DNA of 64,000 nucleotides from contig CAVQCJ010000002.1 in assembly GCA_963711005.1 (NCBI GenBank), positions 1,457,269 through 1,521,268 on the forward strand, read 5' to 3'. This DNA is from an uncultured Actinomycetota bacterium. Its GTDB lineage: Bacteria; Actinomycetota; Actinomycetes; Prado026. The notes under the pieces were generated by a model. That model saw nothing but the letters and a program-made list of their open reading frames with translations. It ran no database searches and was not told the origin of the DNA. Positions 8,470 through 20,017 of the stretch are shown piece after piece. The position numbers were made by a program, and so were the translations under genes. Numbering within the stretch: the first letter of the stretch is position 1; each line of letters opens with the position of its first letter.

Positions 8470-9501
8470 ATGCCCATCGCCTCTCCCGAGGTCTACCGCG
8501 AGATGCTCGACCGCGCGAAGGCGGGCGCCTTCGCCTACCCGGCGATCAACTGCACGTCCTCGCAGTCCGTCGTGGCCGCCCTGCGCGGGTTCGCGGAGGC
8601 GCGCAGCGACGGCATCGTCCAGTTCTCCTGGGGCGGGGCGGAGTTCGCGTCCGGGCAGATGGTCAAGGACATGGTGACGGGGGCGGTGGCGCTGGCGGAG
8701 TTCGCCCACGTCGTGGCCGCCAAGTACGACGTGAACATCGCCCTGCACACCGACCACTGCCCGGCGAACAAGCTCGACGGCTTCATGCGGCCGCTGGTGC
8801 AGCTCGGGCTGGACCGGGCCGCGGCCGGCAAGGAGCCGCTGTTCCAGTCGCACATGTGGGACGGGTCGGCAGTCAGCCTCAAGGAGAACCTGGACATCGC
8901 CGACGAGCTGCTCGACCAGTGCTCGCGGGCGAGGATCGTCATGGAGCTCGAGATCGGGGTCGTCGGCGGCGAGGAGGACGGGGTCGAGGCCAAGCACGAC
9001 GCCAAGCTCTACTCGACGCCCGAGGATGCGATCGCGACGGCCGAGCGGCTGGGGCTCGGCGAGCGCGGGCGGTACCTGCTCGCCGCGACGTTCGGCAACG
9101 TGCACGGCGTCTACAAGCCGGGCAACGTCGTGCTGCGCCCGTCGATCCTCAAGGACCTGCAGGACGCGGTGGCCGGGCGCTTCGACCTGCCGGCGGGTTC
9201 GAAGCCGTTCGACCTGGTCTTCCACGGCGGCTCGGGGTCGCTGCTGTCGGAGATCCGCGAGGCGCTGGACTACGGCGTCGTCAAGATGAACATCGACACG
9301 GACACGCAGTACGCCTTCACCCGCCCGATCGCGGACCACATGCTGGTGAACTACGCCGGGGTGCTGAAGGTCGACGGCGAGGTCGGCAACAAGAAGCTGT
9401 ACGACCCCCGCGCGTACGGCAAGGCCGCCGAGGCCGGGATGGCCGCCCGCATCACCGAGGCCTGCGAAGACCTCCGCTCCGTCGGCACCCGCCTCAGCTA
9501 A
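8470..9501 (+). CDS. fbaA: Class II fructose-bisphosphate aldolase
   Basis: Conserved N-terminus (EMLDRAKAGAFAYPAINCTSSQ) and the HTDHC metal site. Confidence 0.9.
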   Translation: MPIASPEVYREMLDRAKAGAFAYPAINCTSSQSVVAALRGFAEARSDGIVQFSWGGAEFASGQMVKDMVTGAVALAEFAHVVAAKYDVNIALHTDHCPANKLDGFMRPLVQLGLDRAAAGKEPLFQSHMWDGSAVSLKENLDIADELLDQCSRARIVMELEIGVVGGEEDGVEAKHDAKLYSTPEDAIATAERLGLGERGRYLLAATFGNVHGVYKPGNVVLRPSILKDLQDAVAGRFDLPAGSKPFDLVFHGGSGSLLSEIREALDYGVVKMNIDTDTQYAFTRPIADHMLVNYAGVLKVDGEVGNKKLYDPRAYGKAAEAGMAARITEACEDLRSVGTRLS

Positions 9502-9636
9502 CCCTCCCGCGCCTTGCCCGCCAGGATGCTGTGATCTGGTCGTTGGGAGCCTTCCCAACCAGCAGTACGGCGGGTACAGCAAGCTGGGGTGTGGACGAAC
9601 GAGCCGGGCTGGTCGTGAACCGCCGATGATGCGGCG

Positions 9637-10134
9637 GTGCTGGAGGAGTTGGCAGGTCAGCAGGGCGGCGCATTCACGACCGTGCAGGCGCGGCAGTGCG
9701 GGTACTCGGACGCGGCGATCAGGTATCGGGCCGACCGCGGTCACTGGCTCCGACTCCGTCGGGGCGTGTTCGCGTCGGCGCGGCTGGTCAAGGGGCTGGA
9801 CCCAGGGGAGCGGTTCCGGCTCGTGCTGTGGGCGGCGGTGCTCGCGCTGGGCGCCGGGGCCGTGGTCAGTCATCGGTCGGCCGCAAGGATCCACGGCATG
9901 TCCGACTACGGCCACGACCCTGGTCATCTCGTGCTCACCAGGGCTGCCCCGACGTCGCCCGACGGCTACGACGGTCTCGTCGTCCAGCGGGCTGCACTTC
10001 GCGCCGCGGAAGTCACGAAGCACGAGGGACTGCCCATCACGACGATCGCAAAACGGCGTGGGAGCGTATCCATGGCTCGATTCGCAGCGTTGTGCAAGGT
10101 GAAGCGGGAGTCGTTGAGGGAGGAGGATGGGGGC
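9637..10134 (+). pseudogene. Truncated AbiEi_4-like (type IV TA antitoxin-like / DUF559-family N-terminal domain) gene remnant, reading in frame into the DUF3151 gene
   Basis: Residues 1-100 (GAFTTVQARQCGYSDAAIRYRADRGHWLRLRRGVFA...AVVSHRSAARIHGM) match the AbiEi_4 N-terminal domain. The expected C-terminal DUF559 part is absent. The frame runs on through a repeat copy into MTHQ..., the DUF3151 start. Confidence 0.45.
10033..10106 (+). repeat. Degenerate 4th copy (D) of the 72-bp terminal-inverted-repeat intergenic element
   Basis: The right inverted repeat GGTGAAGCG is intact at 10098-10106. The core TGGGAGCGTATCCATGG and the GCAGCGTTGTGCAA module resemble copies A-C. The left inverted repeat is degenerate (CCCATCACG). 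Confidence 0.4.
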
Positions 10135-12477
<2,343 letters not shown>

Positions 12478-12555
12478 CACTGTGTCGGCACAGCTCGCCT
12501 CGGTGTGACAGGGTGAGGGTCGCGCCGACCGTCCGGCGGCACCTACCCTGCGGCC

Positions 12556-13905
12556 ATGACGACACCTACTCCGGACCCCGCGCGCGGCGCCGAGGTCTTC
12601 GCCCTCGACCGTGCGCACGTCTTCCACTCGTGGTCGGCCCAGGGCGCCCTCAACCCGCTGCCGATCGCCGGTGGCGAGGGCTCGTACGTCTGGGACTACG
12701 ACGGCAACCGATACCTGGACTTCTCCAGCCAGCTGGTCAACACGAACATCGGGCACCAGCACCCGAAGGTGGTCGCCGCGATCCAGGAGCAGGCCGGCAA
12801 GCTGGCGACGATCGCCCCGCAGCATGCCAACGAGGCCCGCGGCCAGGCCGCCAAGCGCATCGCCGGGCTCGCCCCGGACGGGCTCAACAAGGTGTTCTTC
12901 ACCAACGGCGGCGCCGACGCGATCGAGAACGCGATCCGGATGGCCCGCCTGCACACCGGCCGGGACAAGGTGCTGAGCTTCTACCGCTCGTACCACGGCA
13001 ACACCGGCGCGGCGATCACCGCGACCGGCGACCCGAGGCGCTGGCCGAACGAGTACGCCGACGGCCACGTGCACTTCTTTGGGCCGTACCTGTACCGCTC
13101 GGCGTTCTGGGCGACGACCGAGGAGCAGGAGTGCGAGCGCGCGCTCCAGCACCTGGAGCAGGTCATCCAGTTCGAGGGCCCGTCGACGATCGCCGCGGTC
13201 CTGCTCGAGACGATCGTCGGCACGGCCGGGGTCCTGATCCCGCCGCCGGGCTACCTCGCCGGCGTCCGTGAGCTGTGCGACCGGAACGGCATCCTCTACA
13301 TCGCCGACGAGGTGATGGCCGGGTTCGGCCGGACCGGGAAGTGGTTCGCGCTGGACCACTGGGGCGTCGCACCGGACCTGATCGCGTTCGCCAAGGGCTC
13401 CAACTCCGGGTACGTCCCCGTCGGCGGGGTCGTGATCAGCGACGCGGTCGCCGCGACGTTCGCCGAGCGGGTGTTCCCCGGCGGCCTCACCTACTCCGGG
13501 CACCCGCTCGCGTGCGCGTCGATCGTGGCCTCGATCGACGCGATGCGCGAGGAGGGCATCGTCGAGAACGCCGCACGCATCGGCGAGACGGTGCTGGGTC
13601 CGGGCCTGCGCGAGCTCGCCGACCGGCACCCGGTCATCGGCGAGGTGCGCGGGCTGGGAGTGTTCTGGGCGCTCGACCTGGTCAGCGACCGGGCCACCCG
13701 CGCGATGCTCGCTCCGTACGGCGGGACGTCGGCGGCGATGAACGAGCTCGGCGGCGAGTGCCGCAAGCGGGGCCTGCTGCCGTTCATCAACTACAACCGC
13801 CTGCACGTCGTACCGCCGTGCACGGTGTCCGACACCGAGGTCAAGGACGGGCTGGCGCTGCTCGACGAGGTCTTCACGGCGGTCGACAAGCACTACACCG
13901 GCTGA
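12556..13905 (+). CDS. Class III (omega) aminotransferase, PLP-dependent
   Basis: Motifs ILYIADEVMAGFGRTGKWFA and FAKGSNSGYVPVGG (Lys in the AKG context) with the aminotransferase III layout. Confidence 0.85.
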   Translation: MTTPTPDPARGAEVFALDRAHVFHSWSAQGALNPLPIAGGEGSYVWDYDGNRYLDFSSQLVNTNIGHQHPKVVAAIQEQAGKLATIAPQHANEARGQAAKRIAGLAPDGLNKVFFTNGGADAIENAIRMARLHTGRDKVLSFYRSYHGNTGAAITATGDPRRWPNEYADGHVHFFGPYLYRSAFWATTEEQECERALQHLEQVIQFEGPSTIAAVLLETIVGTAGVLIPPPGYLAGVRELCDRNGILYIADEVMAGFGRTGKWFALDHWGVAPDLIAFAKGSNSGYVPVGGVVISDAVAATFAERVFPGGLTYSGHPLACASIVASIDAMREEGIVENAARIGETVLGPGLRELADRHPVIGEVRGLGVFWALDLVSDRATRAMLAPYGGTSAAMNELGGECRKRGLLPFINYNRLHVVPPCTVSDTEVKDGLALLDEVFTAVDKHYTG

Positions 13906-13929
13906 CTCACCAGTCAGCAGACCGGTACG

Positions 13930-15195
13930 GTGGGCGGCGTGACGACACCGGACCGCACCGTCCTGCGCCCCGAGCTGCTCCTCGACGTCGTGTCCGGCGA
14001 GCTGCTGCTCGGGCGTGCCGTCGTCGTCGAGGGCGAGCGGGTCGTCGCCGTGATCGCCGCCGCGGACGCGCCGGCAGAGGGTCCGGCGCTGCTCGACCTC
14101 GCCGGGCACACCCTGCTGCCGGGTCTGACCGACTGCCACGCGCACCTGGTCGGCGAGCCCGACTCCGGGCACAGCTACGCCGAGCTGCTCACGCGCAGCC
14201 CGGCGCAGGAGGCCTTGTCCGGGGTCCGCAACGCCAGCGACACCTTGCTGGCCGGGTTCACGTCGGTCCGCGACGTCGGGACCTTCCGCGCGTTCGTCGA
14301 CGTCGCGCTGCGGGACGCGATCGACGCGGGCTGGGTGCAGGGCCCGAGGATGCGCGTGGCCGGTGCGTACATCACCAGCTCCGGCGGCGGTGGCGACATC
14401 ACCGGGCTCGCCCAGGACGTGGACGCGGTGGTGCCCAGGGACCTGCGCGCCGGTGTCGCCGACTCTGTCGACGAGGTCCGTCGGGCCGTGCGCCGCGTCC
14501 TGCACGGTGGCGCCGACCTGGTGAAGGTCATCGCCACGGGTGCGGTGATGACGGCCGGCGGGGTCCCGGGAGCCCCGGAGTTCACCGAGGCGGAGATCAG
14601 GGCCGCGGTCGAGGAGTCCGCCTTCTACGGCGCGCACGTCGCGGCGCACGCGCACGGTGCCGAGGGGATCAAGCGCGCGGTCCGGGCCGGGGTTCGCTCG
14701 GTCGAGCACGGCTCGCTCATGGACGACGAGGCGATCGAGCTGATGGCCGCGGCCGGCACCTACCTGGTCGCGGACGTGTACTGCGGCGACTACATCGCCG
14801 AGCGCGGCAGCGCCGAGGGCTGGGACGCCGACGTGCTGCGCAAGAACGACGAGACGACGCTCGCGCAGCGCGAGGGCTTCGCGAAGTGCGTCAAGGCCGG
14901 AGTCCGTATCGCGTTCGGCACCGACAGCGGGATCTACCCGCACGGGCTGAACGCGCGCCAGTTCGCGTACCAGGTGCGTTGGGGCCAGACGCCGGCGGAG
15001 GCCATCCGTTCGGCGACGCTCACCGCGGCCGAGCTGCTGGACCGCGCGGACGAGCTCGGCACGGTCGCGCCCGGCCGCTTCGCCGACCTCGTCGCGGTCG
15101 CCGGCAACCCGCTGGAGGACATCCGCCTGCTCGAGGACATCCCGTTCGTGATGAAGGGCGGCCGGGTCGTCAAGGGCCTGACCCCGCGATCTTGA
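13930..15195 (+). CDS. Amidohydrolase family metal-dependent hydrolase
   Basis: Metal-binding motifs DCHAHL, AHAHGAEG and FGTDSG. GTG start. The last codons and the stop lie inside an inverted-repeat element. Confidence 0.8.
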   Translation: MGGVTTPDRTVLRPELLLDVVSGELLLGRAVVVEGERVVAVIAAADAPAEGPALLDLAGHTLLPGLTDCHAHLVGEPDSGHSYAELLTRSPAQEALSGVRNASDTLLAGFTSVRDVGTFRAFVDVALRDAIDAGWVQGPRMRVAGAYITSSGGGGDITGLAQDVDAVVPRDLRAGVADSVDEVRRAVRRVLHGGADLVKVIATGAVMTAGGVPGAPEFTEAEIRAAVEESAFYGAHVAAHAHGAEGIKRAVRAGVRSVEHGSLMDDEAIELMAAAGTYLVADVYCGDYIAERGSAEGWDADVLRKNDETTLAQREGFAKCVKAGVRIAFGTDSGIYPHGLNARQFAYQVRWGQTPAEAIRSATLTAAELLDRADELGTVAPGRFADLVAVAGNPLEDIRLLEDIPFVMKGGRVVKGLTPRS

Positions 15196-15248
15196 GAGAA
15201 GCAGGGCCCCGTACGGCGTGTCGCCTCTGTATCTCTCAAGATCGCGGG
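15183..15248. repeat. Inverted-repeat element, family 2, copy 1: perfect 18-bp arms CCCCGCGATCTTGAGAGA / TCTCTCAAGATCGCGGGG separated by 30 nt
   Basis: Read directly from the sequence. It spans the amidohydrolase stop codon (15193-15195) and ends 15 nt before the methyltransferase start. The loop contains GGCGTGTCGC. Confidence 0.6.
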
Positions 15249-15263
15249 GGAAAGGATGCGGGG

Positions 15264-16052
15264 ATGGTGGCGTCCGAGGAGTCCGTGTCGTTCGACCGGG
15301 CTGCCGACTTCTACGACCGGACCAGGGCGCTGCCGCCGGAGGTCGCCGCCGAGCAGACCACGCTGCTGACGGCGCAGGTGCGCGACCGGCTCTGCCTGGA
15401 GATCGGCGTCGGGACCGGGCGCATCGCGCTCCCGCTCGCCGGGGCCGGCGTGAGGGTCGTCGGGATCGACCTGTCCGCGGCCATGCTGGACCGGCTGCGC
15501 GCCAAGGACCCCGGCCGGACGGCGCCTGTGCTGCGCGCCGACGCCGGCGCCCTGCCGTTCGCGACCGCCTCGTTCGGGGTGGCGCTGGCGTGCCACGTCC
15601 TGCACCTGGTCGCGGACTGGGTCGCGGTGGTCGACGAGCTGGTCCGGGTAGTCGAGCCGGGCGGTGTCCTGCTGGTCACCCGCGGTGCACCTCGGGACGG
15701 CCTGCTCGCGGAGCTGAACGCGCGCGTGCGGGCCGGCGCGGGCGCACCCCCGAGGCACGGCTCGCTGGACCATCTCGACGAGCTCGACGCGCACCTGTCC
15801 GGACGAGGTGCGACGGTCGAGCGGCTGCCTGCGCTGGAGCGGTCGCCGACGACGCTGGGCCGGTCGGTGGAGTGGTACCTGCGCGAGCTCGAGAAGCAGG
15901 TGTACTCGTGGACCTGGGACATCCCGCCGGACCGGTTGCGCGCCTCGGTCGCCGCCACCCGCGCCTGGGCGAGCACGGCGTACGGCGACCCGGCCCACGT
16001 GCAGATCCCGGCGCCGCCGATCCGCTGGCACCGGTACGTCCTCCCGGTCTAG
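15264..16052 (+). CDS. Class I SAM-dependent methyltransferase
   Basis: Motif I LEIGVGTGRIALPLA is present. RBS GGGGGAAAGGA sits upstream of the ATG at 15264. Confidence 0.7.
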   Translation: MVASEESVSFDRAADFYDRTRALPPEVAAEQTTLLTAQVRDRLCLEIGVGTGRIALPLAGAGVRVVGIDLSAAMLDRLRAKDPGRTAPVLRADAGALPFATASFGVALACHVLHLVADWVAVVDELVRVVEPGGVLLVTRGAPRDGLLAELNARVRAGAGAPPRHGSLDHLDELDAHLSGRGATVERLPALERSPTTLGRSVEWYLRELEKQVYSWTWDIPPDRLRASVAATRAWASTAYGDPAHVQIPAPPIRWHRYVLPV

Positions 16053-16082
16053 GAACCGGACCGGGTCTGGGACGATCGGCCG

Positions 16083-16703
16083 ATGCTGGTCCATCCCTGG
16101 GACGCCCCGCTCGACGACCACGAGTGGCGGGCGGTGCTCGTGCGCTACCCGTTCGGGGTGCTCACCACAGTCGGCCTCGTCGACGGCTGGCCGGTGTCGG
16201 TCCCGACCCAGTTCACGGTCGCCGGACCGGACGAGGTCGTGCTGCACCTGGCCCGGCCCAACCCGGTGTGGCGGGCGATCGAGGCCGACGACCGGGTCCT
16301 GCTCACGGTCGCGACCGACTGGGTGTACATCCCCAGCGACTGGAAGGCCGTCGAGGGCGAGGACCCGCGGATGGGCATCCCGACCACGTACTACTCGGCC
16401 GTCGTCCTGGCAGCCCGGGCGCAGGTGCTGGACACCCCGCAGGACAAGGCCGCCGTGCTGCGGACCCAGCTGGCCGCGCTGCAGCCCGCCGTCGACGTCG
16501 CCGACCCGGCCGAGCACGGCCGGACGCTGACCGGGATCCGTGGGCTGCGGCTGCAGGTCGACCACGTCAAGGGGAAGCTGAAGTACGGCGGGAACGCCGA
16601 CGACGCGCACCGGGCCGTGGTCGCCGAGCACCTGGCCGGGCGGGGCGGTCCCGGGGACGCCGCGGCGCTGGCGCACCTGCGCCGCCGCCACCCGTACGCC
16701 TGA
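16083..16703 (+). CDS. FMN-binding negative transcriptional regulator (PaiB family)
   Basis: The conserved PaiB pattern is present (WRAVLVRYPFGVLTT...HLARPNPVW...LKYGGN). Confidence 0.75.
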   Translation: MLVHPWDAPLDDHEWRAVLVRYPFGVLTTVGLVDGWPVSVPTQFTVAGPDEVVLHLARPNPVWRAIEADDRVLLTVATDWVYIPSDWKAVEGEDPRMGIPTTYYSAVVLAARAQVLDTPQDKAAVLRTQLAALQPAVDVADPAEHGRTLTGIRGLRLQVDHVKGKLKYGGNADDAHRAVVAEHLAGRGGPGDAAALAHLRRRHPYA

Positions 16704-16713
16704 GCCCGTGCCC

Positions 16714-16736
16714 GTCCGGGCCGATCAAGCCCGGAC
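16714..16736 (+). terminator. GC-rich hairpin GTCCGGGC-N7-GCCCGGAC immediately after the PaiB stop
   Basis: 8-bp perfect stem with a 7-nt loop and no U-tract, as in typical actinobacterial I-shaped terminators. Confidence 0.35.
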
Positions 16737-16759
16737 CCGCACCGGTCGATCCAGGACGC

Positions 16760-17530
16760 ATGGCGGGTGCGCGCGGACCTCGGGGACTGCTCTGGCTGCT
16801 GGCGGCCGTCGCCGGGGGCACGGCGGTGGTCGTCGCCGTCACCGTCGCGCTCTACCCCTCCGACCGGCCCGTCTCGGCCGCCGTGCCGAGCTCGCCGGCC
16901 CCCGCGGCCACCGCGTCGGTCCAGCCGTCGGCGTCCGCCACCAGCGCCGGGACCGATGCGCATGGCTGCCCGGTGGCACTCACCGCGGCTCTCGACGACC
17001 ACCTGCTCTGCCCATCGGACCTCGGGGCGAGCTGGAAGCTCGATGCCGGCACCGTCGCCCGCCCGGTGTCCGAGACCTGCGAGCCCGCGGGGGCGGCGCC
17101 CGTCGGCCCGACCGCGACCTCCCGGGTGCTGTACCTGCGCGGGCCCGGGTTCGACGTCATCGAGCAGATCCGCGGGTACGCGACCGTGCGCGACGCGACC
17201 ACGATGTTCGACACGGTGCGGCTCTGGATGCTCACCTGCACGAGCGACGCGACCGGGCTGGACGTGCGGGACGCGGACAACGAGGTCCGGCCGGCGGCGC
17301 TTTCGGCCGGGTTCGTCGGTGCCCAGTCGTGGTGGGTGATCCAGAAGCGGATGCGGACCGGGCTGGTGCTGTTCGAGTCGGGGACGAGGATCGTCGAGGT
17401 CGCCGTCGTGCCAGCAGGGCCGACGTCCGGCCCGCCGCAGGCCGCGCTGGTCTCCGCGGTCGCGCACGCGGCGCTGCAGTGGGACACCCAGCCGCGCGCG
17501 TCCGCGAAACCGACCTCCTCGACCGACTAG
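16760..17530 (+). CDS. Hypothetical secreted/membrane-anchored protein
   Basis: The N-terminal hydrophobic segment LLWLLAAVAGGTAVVVAVTVAL is followed by an Ala/Ser/Pro linker and a Cys-containing domain. Confidence 0.5.
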   Translation: MAGARGPRGLLWLLAAVAGGTAVVVAVTVALYPSDRPVSAAVPSSPAPAATASVQPSASATSAGTDAHGCPVALTAALDDHLLCPSDLGASWKLDAGTVARPVSETCEPAGAAPVGPTATSRVLYLRGPGFDVIEQIRGYATVRDATTMFDTVRLWMLTCTSDATGLDVRDADNEVRPAALSAGFVGAQSWWVIQKRMRTGLVLFESGTRIVEVAVVPAGPTSGPPQAALVSAVAHAALQWDTQPRASAKPTSSTD

Positions 17531-18507
17531 CGGTCGAGCCGGTCCTCGCGTACGACCTCGAGCGGGGACTTGTCCGGACGCAGGCCGCGCCACGAGGGGT
17601 GCCGCAGGCGCCCATCCGCGGTCCACTCGCCGAAGGCCACCTCGCCGACGATGCGCGGCTCGACCCAGACCGCGTCGCGCGCGTGCGCCCTGGGCACCTC
17701 GGTCGCGAACGGTGCGGTGTCCTGGCGCAGCGGTCCCAGCATCCCCTCCAGGTCGGTGAGCATCGCGTCGGTGAACCCGGTACCGACCTGGCCGACGTAG
17801 GCGAGCCCGCCGGCCTCCTGCACGCCGAGCAGCAGCGCGCCGACCGTGCCCTCGCGGCGTCCGGCGCCGGCGTGCCAGCCGCCGACCACGACCTCCTGCA
17901 TGCGGACGTGCTTGACCTTGACCCACTGCCGGGACCGTCGACCCGGCTCGTACCGCGCGTCCCGGCGCTTGGCGACGATCCCCTCCAGACCCCGCTCCAG
18001 GCTGGTCGCCAGCGCCGCCGCCGCGTCCCCCGCGAACGCCGGCGGGACTGCGAAGCCGTCACCGTCGAGCTCGAGCTGCTCGAGCAGCCCGCGGCGCGCG
18101 TCGTACGGCAGGTCGACGAGGTCGCGTCCGTCCAGGTGCAGCAGGTCGAACACCAGGTACGCCACCGGGACGCGCTCGACCAGCGCGCGGACCTGAGCCG
18201 GGTCGAGGACGTGCATCCGCTGCTGGAGGAGACCGAAGTCGGGCCGGCCGCCCGCGTCCAGTGCGACGATCTCGCCGTCCAGCACCGCCGGCACCGCCCC
18301 GAGCAGCCGTCCGGCGCGGCCGAGCTCGGGGTAGGTGCGCGCGACCTCGCGGTCGTTGCGGGTCAGCACGCGCAGCCGGTCCGGCTCGCAGTACGTCACG
18401 GCCCGCACGCCGTCCCACTTCATCTCGTACGCCCACAGCCCTTCCTGCGCGGGCGGCGGCAGGTCGCCGGCGACGGCCAGCATCGGCCGGATCAGCTCGG
18501 GCAGCAC
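17527..18507 (-). CDS. ATP-dependent DNA ligase (LigC / LigD ligase-domain type)
   Basis: Nucleotidyltransferase motif I (EMKWDGVRAV), motif VI (IVAKRRDARYEPGRRSRQWVKVK), and an OB-domain tail. The start is either ATG 18483 or an upstream GTG around 18507. Confidence 0.75.
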   Translation of the reverse strand: MLPELIRPMLAVAGDLPPPAQEGLWAYEMKWDGVRAVTYCEPDRLRVLTRNDREVARTYPELGRAGRLLGAVPAVLDGEIVALDAGGRPDFGLLQQRMHVLDPAQVRALVERVPVAYLVFDLLHLDGRDLVDLPYDARRGLLEQLELDGDGFAVPPAFAGDAAAALATSLERGLEGIVAKRRDARYEPGRRSRQWVKVKHVRMQEVVVGGWHAGAGRREGTVGALLLGVQEAGGLAYVGQVGTGFTDAMLTDLEGMLGPLRQDTAPFATEVPRAHARDAVWVEPRIVGEVAFGEWTADGRLRHPSWRGLRPDKSPLEVVREDRLDR

Positions 18508-18561
18508 CTGTCTACCTTGTCGCGTCCCCTCCCGGTCGGGCCCGGCGGGTAGCCTGCGGGC

Positions 18562-19821
18562 GTGAGAGTCCTCGTGCTCGGGGCCGGTGCACGTGAGCAC
18601 GCCCTCTGCCGCTCCCTCGCCGCCGACCCCGAGGTCACCGCGCTCGCCTGCGCGCCCGGCAACGCCGGCACCGCACAGATCGCCGAGCAGCTCGACGTCG
18701 TCGCCGAGGACCCGGCCGCCGTCTCCGCGCTGGCCGTCTCCTGGGCTGCCGACCTCGTCGTGGTCGGGCCCGAGGCTCCGCTGGTCGCCGGCGTCGCCGA
18801 CGCGGTCCGCGCCCGGGGCATCGACTGCTTCGGACCGTCCGCGCAGGCGGCCCGGCTGGAAGGCAGCAAGGCCTTCGCCAAGGACGTCATGGCCGAGGCC
18901 GGCGTGCCGACCGCGATGGCGCACGTGTGCGACACCGCCGCCGAGGTGGCCGCGGCCCTCGACGCTTTCGGGCCGCCGTACGTGGTCAAGGACGACGGGC
19001 TGGCGGCCGGCAAGGGGGTCGTGGTCACCGACGACCGGGACGTGGCGCTGGCCCATGCCGCGGCCTACGGACGGGTGGTGGTCGAGGAGTACCTGGACGG
19101 CCCGGAGGTCTCGTTGCTGTGCCTGACCGACGGGACCGCGGTCGTCGCGCTCCAGGCTGCGCAGGACTTCAAGCGGGTCGCGGACGGCGACACCGGCCCC
19201 AACACCGGCGGGATGGGCGCGTACTCGCCGTTGCCGTGGGCTCCGTTCGGGCTCGCCGACGACATCGTCGAACGGATCGTCCAGCCGACCGTCGACGAGC
19301 TGGCCAGGCGCGGGACCCCGTTCGCCGGTGTCGTCTACGCCGGGCTCGCGCTGACTCCGAAGGGGCCGCGGGTGATCGAGTTCAACGCCCGGTTCGGCGA
19401 CCCGGAGACGCAGGTGGTGCTGGCGCGCCTGCGGACGCCCCTGGCCGGCCTGCTCCGCGCCGTCGCGACCGGCCGGCTCGCCGAGGTCGAACCGCCGCAC
19501 TACGACGACGGCGCCGCGGTCACCGTCGTGGTCGCGTCGGGCGGCTACCCGGAGGCGCCGCGCACCGGCGACCCGATCGGCGGCCTGGAAGAGGCCGGCG
19601 CGGTCGAGGGCGCCTACGTCCTGCACGCCGGGACGAGGGCGGTGGACGGCGGGGTCGTCAGCACCGGCGGCCGGGTGCTGTCGGTCGTCGGGGTCGGCGC
19701 CGACCTCGCGCAGGCCCGTGACCGGGCGTACGCGGCGACGGCGCTCATCGACCTGCCGGGCGGCCAGCACCGCTCGGACATCGCGGCTTCGGCGGTCGCC
19801 GGCGAGGTCATCGTCCCCTGA
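18562..19821 (+). CDS. purD: Phosphoribosylamine--glycine ligase
   Basis: ATP-grasp motifs (VVKDDGLAAGKGVVV; GPNTGGMGAYSP; EFNARFGDPETQ). Confidence 0.9.
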   Translation: MRVLVLGAGAREHALCRSLAADPEVTALACAPGNAGTAQIAEQLDVVAEDPAAVSALAVSWAADLVVVGPEAPLVAGVADAVRARGIDCFGPSAQAARLEGSKAFAKDVMAEAGVPTAMAHVCDTAAEVAAALDAFGPPYVVKDDGLAAGKGVVVTDDRDVALAHAAAYGRVVVEEYLDGPEVSLLCLTDGTAVVALQAAQDFKRVADGDTGPNTGGMGAYSPLPWAPFGLADDIVERIVQPTVDELARRGTPFAGVVYAGLALTPKGPRVIEFNARFGDPETQVVLARLRTPLAGLLRAVATGRLAEVEPPHYDDGAAVTVVVASGGYPEAPRTGDPIGGLEEAGAVEGAYVLHAGTRAVDGGVVSTGGRVLSVVGVGADLAQARDRAYAATALIDLPGGQHRSDIAASAVAGEVIVP

Positions 19822-20017
19822 CTGCGGGTGCCGCGCCGGTCACGCGTCGACCCCGGGCGGACCCACTCAGAGCAAACGCTCAGAGATCCGTGACGCGAAC
19901 GTGTCCTGATCAGCCGCTCAGTTCGCTTACTGTCTGCGTGCCCGCGTCCCACCCCGGCCGCAGGTCGACCCGCGGAGACCCCGCGGGTTCTGCGAGCCGA
20001 ACCGAGAAGGACGCTGC

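Noticed and set aside
13275-16052. 925-aa plus-strand ORF spanning the aminotransferase, amidohydrolase and methyltransferase region
   Set aside because: Only its last 262 codons (the methyltransferase) are in a meaningful frame. The rest is an alternative frame of two well-supported genes and is Arg/Gly-rich low complexity.
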